In this document: piece after piece, positions 23,598-37,834 of the stretch
Layout of the letters: every line of letters starts with the position of its first letter
How positions within the stretch are numbered: the first letter of the stretch is position 1
Assembly (NCBI RefSeq): GCF_006345805.1
Contig: NC_043003.1
Location: forward strand, 81,468,001 to 81,532,000
DNA: 64,000 nucleotides
Direction: 5' to 3'
Origin: Octopus sinensis
Taxonomy: Eukaryota
Made by a program: the position numbers and the translations under genes
The notes under the pieces: generated by a model
Seen by the model: only the letters and a program-made list of their open reading frames with translations
Told to the model about the DNA's origin: nothing
The model's database searches: none

Positions 23598-23822
23598 TTA
23601 AACTTTTAGCATTCTTATTACTCTGTCAAATGTAATGCTTAATTATTTGCATTGTCTTTAATTTATCATATATTAACTCATAGCTTTGAGATTTCAATGA
23701 TGTGAATGTTTATCTTTAGAATGACAGTAGGGTAGATGCATGAGGTTTGATATTTTCACTTTAGCACAAAACATGTAGAATATTTGGGCCAGATATAGCC
23801 AGTTTGATGGCTAAAGGCTTAA
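23598..23822. mobile_element. piggyBac-type MITE, diverged
   Basis: ttaaacttttagc...gctaaaggcttaa, degenerate TTAA-CCCTT ends. Confidence 0.55.
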
Positions 23823-25029
23823 ACATATTAAATTAGAATTGTAGTGTACAGCCAAACATCACTTGAGAGTAAAAACAGCATGGTAGCATGCACGATTCCT
23901 TTGCTAATTGGTTTAGCATCATAAGTTGCAATAGTTTTCGAATAGAGAAAAGCACATGAGTAAATGAACATTTAAAGACAATGTGGGTTTATATACTTAT
24001 TAAAATACAGACTAAAAATACAAACATGGCCTGATCAATTTTCAGCTGTGTCAAAAACTAAATCTTTATAGAAGCCAACATAGGCCTCTTTCTGATGAAA
24101 AACCATACTTGAAACGCCATTTCCACTCTTATTTTCCCATCTAATGTATTTACCATGTACATCTAATTGACTTTTGTTATTTTATCCTTTTTTTTTTTTT
24201 TGATCTCGCCACTACACCCTCTCTTGCTCTCTCTCCTCTTCTCTTCTCACTCTTCTCCCCACTCTCGCCTCCATCTCCCTCTTTCTCTTTCTACTCATTA
24301 GAAATAACGACCAACACACCCTACCATCTTATCAAATAAATAATATAAGACATCATGTCTAACAAAAGAGAAAAAGAGAAAGATAAGAAGGGCTCAGTTA
24401 GAAATATCTTTTGATCATTGGCTTGATTCATCAAAGTTAACCTGCGGCTAAACTTAAATAAAACCAACAAATAAACTACTAAAACCGTATATTGTGAATT
24501 TTCCTCTTTAAACTAATGATATTTCATTATCAACATCCTCAATTGAATGATGTAAAATGTTAACTCCCCGACTTTGCTGAGACTTTCTATTAAAAAAACA
24601 GAAATATTTTGAGTTTCCTTTTTGTGTTTTATCTATCTATGTATTTATTTACTTATCAGTTTACTTGTCAATCTATCTATCTGTTTATTTATTTACTTAT
24701 TGCAATTTCTTTTAAGATAAAGCTGTTGAGTGGAGAAGATCTCTTACAGTTTAACATATGACAATTTTACACAGCATCCCAAGAGGATTGAAAATTCAGA
24801 AAAATTCAACACCATAACAATCAGTTTTGTTTGGGACTATGTGTGGATATTTATAACTATGTATGTACCTACATAAATATGTATGTGCATATGTATGTAT
24901 AAGTGCATGCATGCATATATTCATGCATATAGGTATAGTTATTTTATTCAAACATGTATGCATATACCCATACATACATACCATAAATACATGCATATAC
25001 ATTTATGTGTGAGTTTGCGTATGTATATT

Positions 25030-25400
25030 GGTATCCTCTCTCTCCCTCTCTATGTATATATACATATATATATGTATGTATGTGTATATATATATTTATA
25101 TATATATGTATGTATGTGTATATATATATTTATATATATATCTATGTATGTGTGTATATATATTTATATATATATGTATGTGTATATATATATATTTATA
25201 TATATATGTATGTATGTGCATATATATATTTATATATATATGTATGTATGTGTATATATATATTTATATATATATGTATGTATGTGTGTATATATATTTA
25301 TATATATATATGTATGTGTATATATATATTTATATATACGTATGCATATATATATATATATATAATATATATATATATACACACATACACACACACATAT
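25030..25400. repeat. Microsatellite-derived minisatellite (about 28-32 bp unit)
   Basis: Recurring tatttatatatatatgtatgt(at)gtgtatatata. Confidence 0.9.
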
Positions 25401-26345
25401 ATAAACATGTGTATGTGGGTGTGTTTATTGATATCCATATAAGTGTATAATTATAGTCAGACACAAATATAAGTACATTTCTATAAGTGTGACTACCAAT
25501 ATCTATATGTGTCTGTAGTTATAAATTTTGTGTTATAATTCTTCAGTGTATATTTTTTTTACAATATATTTAAGTGTATATCTGTATAGGAGAATGCATC
25601 TGTGTATACATACATACATACTTATGTATATGCATACAAACATATCTGAATACATACATACTTATGTATATGCATACAAATATATGTGAATACAAACATA
25701 CATATGTATAAGCTCATGTATATCTTAGGGGAAGGTGTATGGTAGGGATAATCATAGAACATAAACAGTAATATGCATGTCTATTTATGTCTCTCTAAAC
25801 AAATATACACCAATGCTAAAGAAGAACAACAACAACATATACATATACATACATATTTTTATCAAAAATTGCTTTCTTCGTTTTAGTTTTTGGTTGGGTT
25901 TTTGCCATTTGTTTGTTAAGTACAATTTTGATTATCTTATTTTGTTATGGACATTTTCTTAAAGTTATTTTATAGTTACAAACCTCTCAAGACAATTACC
26001 AGGAGAATATGGTGTTTACATATTGTTTCATGACTTTCTCTATACATTTCACTATTGTTTTTATCCCGCATATTCAGTTGTACCAGCTACTCTGGTGAAC
26101 AATGATAAACAGTGTTTGTTGTATCTGAAAATACAATAGAATATAATAATTTACAGAAAGATATATAAATGTAAACCTATGTTATATATATATTAGAGTT
26201 ATTTTAATAAAAATTGTAGAATAGTTCTTTAGAGTATTTTTTGCAATATAGTTTACATCATTTACAGCAATAATTATGGTTGTTGTAAATATGCTTGTTT
26301 CTCAACTTCAGTGCTCATTGATTTCACTAGAGTACTTGCTCTCTA

Positions 26346-26399
26346 TCTATAAAGATATATATGCATATATATGCACATATATACATATATATATATATG

Positions 26400-26439
<40 letters not shown>

Positions 26440-26570
26440 TATATACATATATATATATATGCACATATATACATATATATATATATGCACATATATACAT
26501 ATATATATGCATATATACACATATATACATATATATATATATATATATGCACATATATACATATATGTAT
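26346..26570. repeat. Minisatellite of gcacatatatacatatatat units
   Basis: Direct. Confidence 0.9.
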
Positions 26571-27213
26571 ATAATTATTTGCAAACATGCATACGTTTAT
26601 ATATTTATAAGTGTGTATATATCAATTTAGATGGATGGTTATTTTAAAGGAGTTCTATAAATACAACTCTTTCAGTGGTGATGCAAGAAACTCAAATTTT
26701 AAGAGTAGAATCACATGTGTGAAATTGCATATATGTGTGTGCCTTTGCATACACACATATATAAGCATATGTACAAGTGAGAGAGTGTGTGTGTTGTGTA
26801 TGTGTGAGTGTGTATGTGTGTATGGTGAGTGTATATGTGTGTGTATATATACATACATATATATATACATACATATATATATATACACACACACAAATTT
26901 GAGGAAGTAATATCGTCGTAAGTGATTGTTAAAAACAATCCAGTGGTCAATTAGGTTTAACCAAATATATTAATAAAAAGTTCCTCAATATATATGTATA
27001 AACAGTCTCATAACTTAAATATAATAGATATATTTTTCAAATAAATTTCTTGTTTTAGCAGCATCTCAAATTTCAATATTAACTAAATTTTAAATGATAA
27101 ATTTCTAATTACATGACCTCTGTGCCCGAATTAGTTGTTTGTTTACATTTGAAAATTCCTAAACATAATCTTCAAATAAGTCATTTCGTAATTCAACACC
27201 GAAATATACTTAC

Positions 27214-27252
27214 TTTTCCTGATGATATCCAACAAAATATCATCTATTACAG
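27214..27252 (-). CDS. Candidate 39-nt exon, phase 1-1: x-VIDDILLDIIRK-x
   Basis: ttgtaactttcatag|CTGTAATAG...GGAAAA|gtaagt; only phase 1 is open. Confidence 0.55.
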
Positions 27253-27652
27253 CTATGAAAGTTACAATTATTGATTATTCAAACATATTGTCAAATTGAA
27301 ACATATGTAGAATTTTTTTTGGGATATATGCATATAAACTATGTTTTGTATATCCACGTATGTATGTGTGTGTGCATGCACAGATGTATATATAAGTGTA
27401 GTGATGTGTACATAGGTTTATATGTATGCGTATGTGCGTGTATGTGTAGACACATATATAGGTATATATATGTGTGTTTGTATGTATATGTACACGCGCA
27501 TGTGAGTATGTATATAGATATATATACATACATGTGTGCAGGTCTGTGTGAGTATATGTGTGTATATGTGGATTCTATGAAGTATTACTTTCACCATGCC
27601 TATTGGAGTAATTTCCCTTTATTCAACAGTTTTTTTCATAGTGTTTTGTCTT

Positions 27653-27714
27653 AATTACTGATGAAATGCCAGAGCAGACTACAGCCTCAGTATCCGAAAC
27701 TCTGAGTTTTATTA
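27653..27714 (+). ncRNA. Type I hammerhead motif (core intact)
   Basis: aatta-CTGATGA-bulged stem II-GAAAC-TCTGA-GTT-ttatt. Confidence 0.5.
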
Positions 27715-27738
27715 TGACAACCAACTAATTGTCACATA

Positions 27739-27774
<36 letters not shown>

Positions 27775-27844
27775 TAAGAAACAATGAAAGGTCTTTCATG
27801 AATGATAGGCTCATATCACCAGTTTCCCAGATTCTGTAGTGTGT

Positions 27845-28025
27845 ATATATTCTCTACCTGGACAGGACACCAATCCATTGCAGGATTATTTATTTTTAGC
27901 AGATGAATGGACTGGAGCAATGTGAAGAGAAGTTCTTTGCTCAAGGACACAATGCATCACCTAGTTCAGGTACTGAAGCCACAACCTTACAACCATGAGT
28001 GCATCTCCCTAACAACTAACCAATG
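27845..28025 (-). mobile_element. CORE-like SINE, old copy
   Basis: Resembles 42968-43230 (ggactggagcaa...ttgctcaaggacacaa). Confidence 0.6.
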
Positions 28026-28041
28026 TACACACACACACATA

Positions 28042-28400
28042 CGAACAGAAATTTAAATAATGAAATTATTGTATACGGTGCTCAGGTGCACCACAACTTG
28101 TCAAAAGTGTGTATAAAGCATATGCAGTAATGTAGAAAAAAATGTCTGGGAAGTGAGCAGTGTATGAGTCAGATACATGCTTGCGTGTGTATGGAGAGGA
28201 GAAGATCATGTGTAGTGTTGGTGAATCTCAGGAACCATGGGAATTTTGAAGGATGCAGTGCTCCGACAACTAACAACTGATGCCGGCAGTTTGTTCCATG
28301 CTTCAGCAACTCTTAGCGTGAAAAAATGTTTCCGAAAGAAATGGGAGCTGTGCTGTTTTCTGACTTTGGAAACATGTCCATGGGTGTTAGACAGGTGGAG
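28042..28400 (-). mobile_element. 3' fragment of a CR1/L2-group LINE
   Basis: Minus ORF HFFTLRVAEAWNKLPASVVSCRSTASFK, typical of the CR1-group ORF2 C-terminus. Confidence 0.85.
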
Positions 28401-30139
28401 AATGTGACAAACAGGAAAGACTGAACCCAATACATGAATATGAATATATGTTTTATAAAATGAAAGGCCATAAAAGTGAACTAAGTCAGTTGATGCTTGC
28501 CATGCATGAAAGTCTTGTCTTTTGAGTGTTAGAAATGATACCCATCCATAGTAACTTGGCTAAAAATGGAATATAGGATTGGAAGGGAGTAAATCTGTGT
28601 ACGAACTGAGTGAAACTCTGAAGACCTATCAAACCCATGTTAATATGAAACATGCACATTAAAAAAAATCATGATTATGAAGATCAGGCTCATGATCATG
28701 ATAAAGATGATCATGAGGATTAAGATGATGAGAGCAAATAATGATGATGATAATGGTGATGATGATGATGATGATGGTTGTGATGATGATGGTGTAAATG
28801 TGCTATGATAGTGATGGCACATTTACAAATACACTAACTCAAACTGGTGAGCCAGAAATTGAAAACTAAGTAGGTGTTATTCTGTAATCATTAACAGGAG
28901 AATTACATACATCCAACACTAGACGAATTTTATAAACCCAAACTAAATTTATATGGACATTGAGGTAATTGAATTCAGTCCCTTGACAACAGTGTAATGG
29001 GAAAATACTTAATAAACATATGACCTTATACATTAAAGTTTGTTTCGTTTGTGTCTCATTAATTTCTTCAATTGTGTTTATAAAGTTAAGGTATCTGATG
29101 TAGAAGAAGTAGTGAAAGCTAAGATTAATATTGTATGGGTATATATATGCGTTTTTACAGTTCTGTAATTCTGAGATGAGGACTAATACATATGTATGTG
29201 TGTTATATACATGCATACATACATATATATATACATACATATATATATATATGTACATATACATATAAATATAGATAGTTACATATATACATCTATCTAT
29301 CTAGCTATCAATCTGTTTATCTCTCTGTTCCTATATATAGATAGTTATATATAGATAGTTACATATATACATCTATCTATCTATCTATCTGTCTGTCTGT
29401 CTCTTTCTATATATACATACATATACACACACAGACACATACACACACATGCTTACACACATACATTTATACATACATGAGCATATACACATGTCTTTAT
29501 ACACGTATGTGTATATACATGCGTATGCGCATAAATGTAAGAGCAAGAGAGAGAAATTGATAAAGGAAAAGTTAGAGCTGCATCATGTGAATAACCACCT
29601 GATTCGAAGTGTACTGAGACTGCAGAAAAAGTTTGGAAGTTTGATATTCCCAGTGGAACAATTTCACTTCTTCTAGTCCTTGGCTTTGTGATTTTTGCAT
29701 ACAGGCAGGAATAAACATGTTCACACACGTCACACACATGTGTTATTTTGCATACAGTCCTTACTTGCAAATGCATATATATATATATATATATATACAC
29801 CTATCTTTTCTCTCTCTCTCTCTCTCTTTCTATGTGTGTGTGTGTGTATGTAAATATATATCAAATATCATATGAGAAAAATTCTTGATTTATGGAAATT
29901 GTCTTACCTTTGAGACAAGAGTAAATAATGACTTGCAGCAGTTGTGAATATTTCAAAATGGAGAGGCAAGATAATCTTAGGAATCAGGAATTCTCTGAGA
30001 GTGACATAACATTTAAGAAAAGACAGTTAGACAAAAGGGCAGTCATGCACATGTTTTTGTCTCAGTAGTAGTCATCAGCACAGCAGTTTTTCTACTATGT
30101 CTCCAACAGATGAGATAGACAAATACATAGATATGTGTA

Positions 30140-30372
30140 TGTATATATATATATATCACCGTGATCCCCATGACCAACCAGGCTATCAGATGTTGCTACA
30201 CATCGCTGGCCACAATGCACTTCACATTGTTTTAGCCTTCAAATGATGCCACCCCGCTGGCTAAGCGAGCAGGCCAACAGAAGAAAGAGTGAGAGAATGT
30301 TGTGGTGAAAGAGCACAGCAGGGATCGCCACCACCCCCTGTCAGAGCCTTGTGGAGCTTTTAGGTGTTTTAA
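30140..30372 (-). mobile_element. SINE family C variant with a different tail, 5'-truncated
   Basis: Shares the core with 22585-22891; the tail resembles about 46690-46800. Confidence 0.8.
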
Positions 30373-30479
30373 CTTGTAGTAAGCAACATTTATCAAAATA
30401 AAAGTATTCAGAACACAGAATAACATGTAACAAAAACAATTTGCAAACATATTTACATTCCCATATAACAGTTGAGAAC

Positions 30480-30668
30480 ATCATTATTGTATAACACATG
30501 CACGGAAGTGTTTGTTCGACTAGGTGCTGCTGGCTTAATTAAGCATGACTCAAATTAGAGAAGGGCTGTGTATTATACACAAGGCTTAGGTTTTTCAGAG
30601 GTACAGCCCTCTGAAAATCCCCCTCCATATTATACTCAAGAGCAGACTATACTCGAGGATTTATGGTA
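30480..30668. mobile_element. One end of a pogo/Tigger-like DNA element
   Basis: Reverse complement taccataaatcctcgagtatagtc resembles Tigger-type TIRs (from memory); the other end was not found. Confidence 0.5.
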
Positions 30669-30898
30669 ACCCTTATGATACCAAACTGCTTGTAACACTC
30701 ACTGGTCCTTTGATAGAAATTGCCTGTTTTACGTAAAATGTAAATTAACAGCTTGCATCAAAATTCCTTATTAATTTATGTCCCAAATATCAGCGAAATA
30801 ATGACAAAATCAGTTTGCTAAGTTCTTCATTCTTTTTAAAATTAAATGAAATAAAGCAGTTTATTTTAACAGAAACAGCGTAACAAAAGGATTTTAAA
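30667..30898. mobile_element. piggyBac-type MITE, diverged
   Basis: taacccttatgatacc...gtaacaaaaggattttaa. Confidence 0.5.
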
Positions 30899-32189
30899 AT
30901 GGTAAATGTACACAGTCAATATCCTTTGCTCTCACACATTAAAATACAAAAGACAGATGTTTTGACCAAAATTTCAAACTATAATTCATAAAATAATAAT
31001 TTGTAAACAAACTTGTTAATATGCCCTATACTTGTTTGAAATATGATATGACTCAAAGTAGTATAAAAAAAATATATACATTTCTCTATAAACATGAAAC
31101 AATACTTGCATTTTAAAATGGAATTTGATAGTTGGTATTATTTTCTTTTAAGATTCTATAGAACTTTCATTTCTTTTTCTACTTATTTTTTTACTCTTTT
31201 CACAATCCTGATGATTTACTTCTCATAAAACATTAAATATGTATTGTGTGATAAAAATGATAAAAATGTAGCAAATTTCTGAATTTTTCACAAATCAGTT
31301 TTATTTTTTGTTGTTTTGTTTGGGTTTTTTTTTATATAATTTTTCTGAAACTTTTTTTTTCTTATATTCATCATTTATACCTGATGGAAACAATTCCCTT
31401 TTTATTGTTGTAGACAATGCATTGTTTAAAAGAAGTTAGTAGCTTTGTTAAAACACAACAATAAAGGTTTAGAGGATAGTTGAAAAATAAAAACACTATT
31501 AAAGATTCATTCATTTCTGCAATACTTAACCTGTTTATCAGAAATCTGAGAACACAAGATTTTATTTATTATTCTTAGGTTCTTTTTGATTTTTGTTTTG
31601 TGTTTCTTTTTCTTTTTTTTTTTTATCTTTGCCTTGAGAACTTGGAAATATTTAGCAAGTATAACTTAAAAATTTATGTATTGCAATATTTTGCACAATA
31701 CACATAATTTGTTATTAGAATATTTATCCCACTACAAACACACACAAACACACACACATATGTATACACATACATACACTTAGATTTGTAATTTATATAT
31801 ATATATATATATATTACAAATCTATGTGCATGTATGTGTATATAGACACATACATATATATTTATTGAATATACATATGTACTTTTGTATATATGTAGAC
31901 AGACATGCAGACAGGCATACAGATAGAGAGGCAGACAAACAGACAGACATAAACTACATCTATGCTACATACAGACACACATACATATAATTGTAAATGA
32001 AAAGTGAGAGATGATGCTTAACATGTTTACAACAAAAACAATGATGGTTTTGATAATGGTAGCAACGCTGACACTGTATCTAAAGGTGGTATGTTTGTAA
32101 GATATTGTTAATATTGCTGATCCCTCAGGAGTTAATTTTGCTGTTGCTAATGGCAATGTGATACTAATGTTGATGAGAAGGAAGACAAC

Positions 32190-32356
32190 AATAAGGAAGA
32201 AGAAGAAGGTGAAGAAGTAGAAGAAGAAGAAGAGGAAGGAGAGGAAGAAGAAGAAGAGGGAGGAAAGGAAGAGGAAGGAGAGGAAGAAGAGAAAGGAAAG
32301 GAAGAAGAGAAAGGAAAGGAAGAAGAGGAAGAAGAAGAAGAAAGAGAAGAAGATAT
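32190..32356. repeat. (GAA/GAG)n polypurine tract
   Basis: Direct. Confidence 0.9.
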
Positions 32357-33074
32357 TTAATGTATTTCAGAAGTATTGCCCAAGTGGAATTTTTATGGTC
32401 CTAGAGCCTACATTAAATTGTTGCACTTCAACTTCACTGAAATTGTAATTGATCTAATGAGAGAAACTAATATCTTAATCAATGAACCATATTTTCATTG
32501 TATCAAGCCTGCAAACAGCATTAGCAATGTTGGTGCTGCTGCTGACGAATCTTCTTACTAAATAAATTCACTGTTCACTGGTCAGAATGGTTTGGTTAAA
32601 GATTAACTAGCAAGGTGAATATAAAAGAGGGAAGTAGCTCGGATGAGTTCAGTTAATCTCACTATACACATCAAGGATTTTAAGAGCCTAAAAGGTAGAA
32701 TTATTTAATCAGAATGCTATCTTTATTATACAAAATGATATCCATTACTAGAACATTCTAGACTATTACAAGAATTAGTTTGATTAGTCAGCATTGTCTT
32801 CTTCTAGGCTTGAATAATTGTTTAAGAGCTGATGCTTATGTCAAATTTAATTGGGGGAGAGAAATGAAATATGGGTTGTGTATATGTTTATCAATGTCAA
32901 CATTTTCTGACTGTCTTTTACCTATTTTTGGCAGAGATTTCAAGACTTGTATATTATCATTTCAAATATAAACTGAAGGTCAGAATTATAGGAAGAAATT
33001 AACTTCAACTTCGGTTTATACTTCCCACATGTTGGATCCAATAAAATAAACTGTTGTTATAATTTATCATTTTA

Positions 33075-33397
33075 CTGTACATTATGGTGGCATGTATAAA
33101 GCACCATCCAAACGTCACTGATGCCAGCGCTGCATGACTGGCATCTGTGTCAGTGACACATAAAAAGCACCAACTGATTGTGGCCGTTTGCTAGCCTCTT
33201 CTGGACCCTGTGCTGGTGGCACATAAAAAGTACCCACTACACTCATGGAGTGGTTGGTGTTACGAAGGGCATCCAGCTGTAGAAACACTGCCAGGTCAGA
33301 CTGGAGACTGGTGTAGCCTCCTGGCTTCCCAGACCCTGGTCGAACTGTCCAACCCATGCTAGCATGGAAAATGGATGTCAAACGGTGATGATGATAT
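33075..33397 (+). mobile_element. RTE-type 3' UTR element
   Basis: tggcacataaaaag units, gggcatccagctgtagaaac and the (gat)n tail. Confidence 0.88.
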
Positions 33398-33421
33398 ATA
33401 TATATATATATATATCATCAT

Positions 33422-33606
33422 CAGAAGGCTACACCAGTCTCCAGTCTGATCTGGCAGTATTTCTACAGCTGGATGCCCTTCGTAATGCCAACCACTCCGT
33501 GAGTGTAGTGGGTACTTTTTATGTGCCACCAGCACAGGGCCCAGAAGAGGCTAGCAAACGGCCACAATCAGTTGGTTCTTTTTATGTCTCACTGACACAG
33601 ATGCCA
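33422..33606 (-). repeat. Inverted local duplicate of 33139-33323
   Basis: 185-bp arms, roughly 94% identical by eye. Confidence 0.9.
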
Positions 33607-33616
33607 TGCATACATA

Positions 33617-33990
33617 TAGGAGCATGGCTGCGAGGTAAGTAGCTTGCTTACAAACCACATGGTTCCGGGTACAGTCCTTCTGTGTGGTAGCTTGGGCAAG
33701 TGTCTTCTACTATAGCCTTGGGCCAACCAAAGCCTTGTGAGTGAATTTGGTAGATGGAAACTGAAAGAAGCCCGTCATATATATATTTATTTATATTTAT
33801 GTATGTGTGTGTATGTTTGTGTGTCTGTATTTGTCCCCCCAACATCGCTTGACAATTGATGCTGGTGTGTTTACGTCCCCGTAACTTAGTTACGATAGAA
33901 TAAGTACTGGGCTTACAAAGAATAAGTTGCTCAACTAAAGGAGGGGCTCCAGCATGGCCACAGTTAAATGACTGAAACAAGTAAAAGAGA
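33617..33990 (+). mobile_element. SINE family A, full length
   Basis: Family motifs present. Confidence 0.92.
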
Positions 33991-35500
33991 GTATATATAC
34001 TATTTCTTGTATCATACAGACACACACACATATACAGATACACAAATATGTATGTGTATATGTACATGAATAAAATCTAAAACAAGGCATGCTCAACATT
34101 GAAATGGTGGAAAATAAATACATTAAAAAAATTTGATTCAACAACTGAGCACCAACGTTTTCATATAGGTTGAATCAGCTGGTGATTATGCAGTTGTAGA
34201 GCATAACTGACAATCTTCCATCATAGCTGGTGATATTATGATGTAAGATCATGGATGAGATCAAATTATAAAGTCAGAAATTCAGGAAAAGGATAACATA
34301 CATAGGTGTTAATTCTGGGAGGTGAACTTTCTTGGATGGAGATTGCTTTGGTTTTTATCTTATGTCATAATAAGAATGTCAAATGGGATAAGATGAACAA
34401 AGAAAAAATAAAGTATATTGAAAGGATATGGTTTATGTGTGTGTGTGTGTGTGTGTGTGCATGTGTGTGTGTGTGTGCGAGAGATAGAGAGTGTTCCTTA
34501 CATTTACAAAATGAAATTTCAGTATGCCATAGGAAAACTCACAGGTATTAAACTTATATTCTGTTTAGCTCTACTTAAATATCATTGAAAGCAGAGACAA
34601 ACACCTGTGCAGTAATTTATATACATGCGTGTGTGTATATATATTCATATCAAGGTATAAACTCATACATATACATGTGTGTATATATATATATTTACAT
34701 ATATTTATATATATATATGTACGTTTACATATATAAATATATACATATACATAAATATGTGTGAGTGTATTTGTATGTATATATAAATAAATATATATAT
34801 TTATATATTTTTCTTCTAAAAAATACTTAAGGCCTAACATATTAAAAAAATTTTAGATGATGAGGAAATTTTTATATATTCTTTGAACCTGTTGAATTTA
34901 GAAGATTTTCACAGTATGCTCCACACTATAGGTGGAAATAGTCTGATTAGGAATATTAATCTCTCAAATATGTAAGTGTTTACATTTAGCTGTGCAGTGA
35001 TATATTAAATTTTTATTGTAATTTCTATATAAATTATCTATCTGAAAATTTTCAACTTAGTTCTTAGTTGTTGTCAATATATATAAAAATTATGTTGAAG
35101 ACAACTGTGAATTTTAAAAGTATTGAAACTCTAAAGATAAGATTCTAGCTGTAACAGATAACTCGAATTTTATAATCTCTTTAGCAAATATCACCTGCCC
35201 ATGGGAAGTGTCTGCAATTCTGACAACTAATCTATGCTACGGTTTTTCCTTATTTATAGCAAATTACTTTCTATCTTTTATCATTTCCACAGACAAGCCG
35301 ATATATAAACTGACTGCTTGGAATGAGAGAGAAACTGTTGAAATATAAATCTGTTTACACTGGAACAATGTTATATCAGCAATATCTCTGTATGGAACAT
35401 GATTTTTAAAATAGATTATTTGTATTTCAACAATTTGAATACACACTCCCTTGCTCCTGCCAAACACTCACATACACACACGTATATATATATTTATATA

Positions 35501-35622
<122 letters not shown>

Positions 35623-35887
35623 TTGTAAATGTGTGTGTGTGAGTTTGTATAAGTATATAATTTTACAGGAAAATATGCATATATACATACACACACACAC
35701 ATGCACAGACAAATATATACAATCAAGAAATTTAGCCAAACTTATTTACAACACAGGACATAGGCTAAAAAGCATTGGTTGGTAAGTTAAATGCTGCTTC
35801 TTTAAATTTATGAATATCTATAGGTATATATATGTGTGCATATATATATGTATATATATATGCATATGTGTACATATATATACATAA

Positions 35888-35987
<100 letters not shown>

Positions 35988-36101
35988 GCATGCATATCTA
36001 ACATACATGTATAAACATGTATATATACATACATATATATAAATACGTACATATATGTATAGATAGATAGATAAAAAGACAGACAGTCAGAGAGGCACAC
36101 A

Positions 36102-37720
36102 TATGGTTTCCCAGCCATCCTCCTCAAAGCGTGTAAGCATGCCCTGGCAAAACCCCTCAAGATTCTCTTCCAGAGCTTTCTTGCGAATGGCAAACTGCCA
36201 AGCAAGCTGAAGGAGGGAATAATATGCCCAATACATAAAGGGGGAAGTAGAGCAGATGCCAAAAACTATAGGCCTATCTCTCTGACTTCACACATCAGCA
36301 AAGTCATGGAAAGGATAGTCAGAAAGAAACTAATCGCATTCCTTGAGGAAAATAACTTGCTGAGTGATACCCAGCATGGTTTTCGACCAGGTAGGAGCTG
36401 CCTGACCCAGCTCTTACAGCATTATGACTGGTTGTTGAGGCAGTTACTCAACAAATCAAATGTGGACGTAATCTACCTTGATTTTGCAAAAGCTTTTGAC
36501 AAGGTGGATCATGGTATGATATGCCACAAACTGCGTGACCTCGGCATAGCTGGAAAACTTGGAGTGTGGTTGCATGACTTCCTGAAAGATAGGAGCCAGG
36601 CAGTAGTGGTTAATGGAGCCACCTCTATGAACACACAAATAGTGAGCAGTGTTCCACAGGGCACTGTCTTGGGACCACTGCTTTTTATAGTGGCCCTCTC
36701 AGATATGCCCTCAAATGCCCGGATAGCCACTCTGGCCAGCTATGCAGATGATACGAAAGTCTCGCAGAAAATACAGAACCCCAGCGATGTTGCACACCTG
36801 CAGCAGGAGTTGGACTCAATCTACAGATGGGCTGAGGATAATAATATGCAGTTTAATGCTGAAAAATTCCAGGCCCTGCGCTACCAGCATCCAAAACTGA
36901 ATATTAAACTTACAGGATAGACCGGTCCACAGGGAATTTCAATCCCAGAGCCTAAGTCTGTGATGGACCTGGGTATCGACATGAGTGATGATACCTCTTT
37001 CCAACTGCACATTACCAGGATGGCGACAAATGCAGATGACTGGCTGGGTGGATCCTAAGAACATTCAGAACCAGAGATAAGGAAACCGTGATGGTCCTCT
37101 GGTGGACATTCATCCTCAGCCACCTGGATTACTGCTCACAGCTATGGTCACCCACCAGTGTAAAATTAACAGCAGACCTTGAAGCAATCCAGAGAAGATT
37201 CACAAAGAAGATCATCTCTTTGCAACAGCTCAGCTACTGGGAAAGGTTGAAGCAGCTAAGACTCTACTCCCTGGACAGAAGACGGGAGAGGTATGCAGTA
37301 ATATATGTCTGGAAGATCCTGGAAGGAATTATGCCAAATTTTGGCATTGTAAGCTACACCAATGCTAGAATGGGACGACACTGCATAGTGTCAAAGATCC
37401 CAGAAATGCCATCACGCTTCAGGACCAGCTTCTGCAACAGCCTGGGTTTCAAGGGCCCACAGCTTTTTAATATTCTCCCAAAGAGTCTGAGGAACTTGCA
37501 CAAAGTAGATGTAGCAGATTTTAAATAAAAGCTGGACATCTTCCTGTCAAGAGTCCCAGATGAACCTACCTCACGGCAAGAGGTGCAAATGAGAGTAGCT
37601 ATATCAAACTCCATTCTTCACCAAGTGCCACATATTAGACGAGGTTCATTGTAATAACAGTGTAGCACAAAACGGCAGTGCATCAGCATGGCCGCAGCTC
37701 TGAGCTGAAACTAGAAAAAA
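36102..37720 (+). mobile_element. 5'-truncated CR1-clade LINE (RT domain through 3' tail)
   Basis: Frame open 36105-36920 (NYRPISLTS, QHGFRPGRSCLTQLL, YLDFAKAFDKV, PQGTVLGPLLF, YADDTK); stop at 36918, frameshift near 37028, further stops downstream; A-rich end. Confidence 0.95.
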
Positions 37721-37834
37721 TATATATATATAACATTTGTTGTCCTCTTTAACAATTATATGTATATATATGTATAATTGTTAGCGAGGACAACAAATAA
37801 AGGTCATATACATTATCATTGGAAAAATGTCAAA

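Noticed and set aside
24088-24120. CTGATGA...GAAAC hammerhead-like core
   Set aside because: No GUH and no stem I pairing.
25030-25400. Regularly spaced repeats resembling a CRISPR array
   Set aside because: No unique spacers; eukaryotic minisatellite.
29908-29994. 87-nt minus exon candidate with a strong AAG|gtaaga donor
   Set aside because: Open only in phase 2; does not fit the neighbouring candidates.
30045-30085. Minus CTGATGA...AAAAC-ATGT motif
   Set aside because: Too many core and stem defects to call.
32376-32561. Plus-strand 61-aa ORF in unique DNA
   Set aside because: No recognisable motif; the length is reachable by chance.
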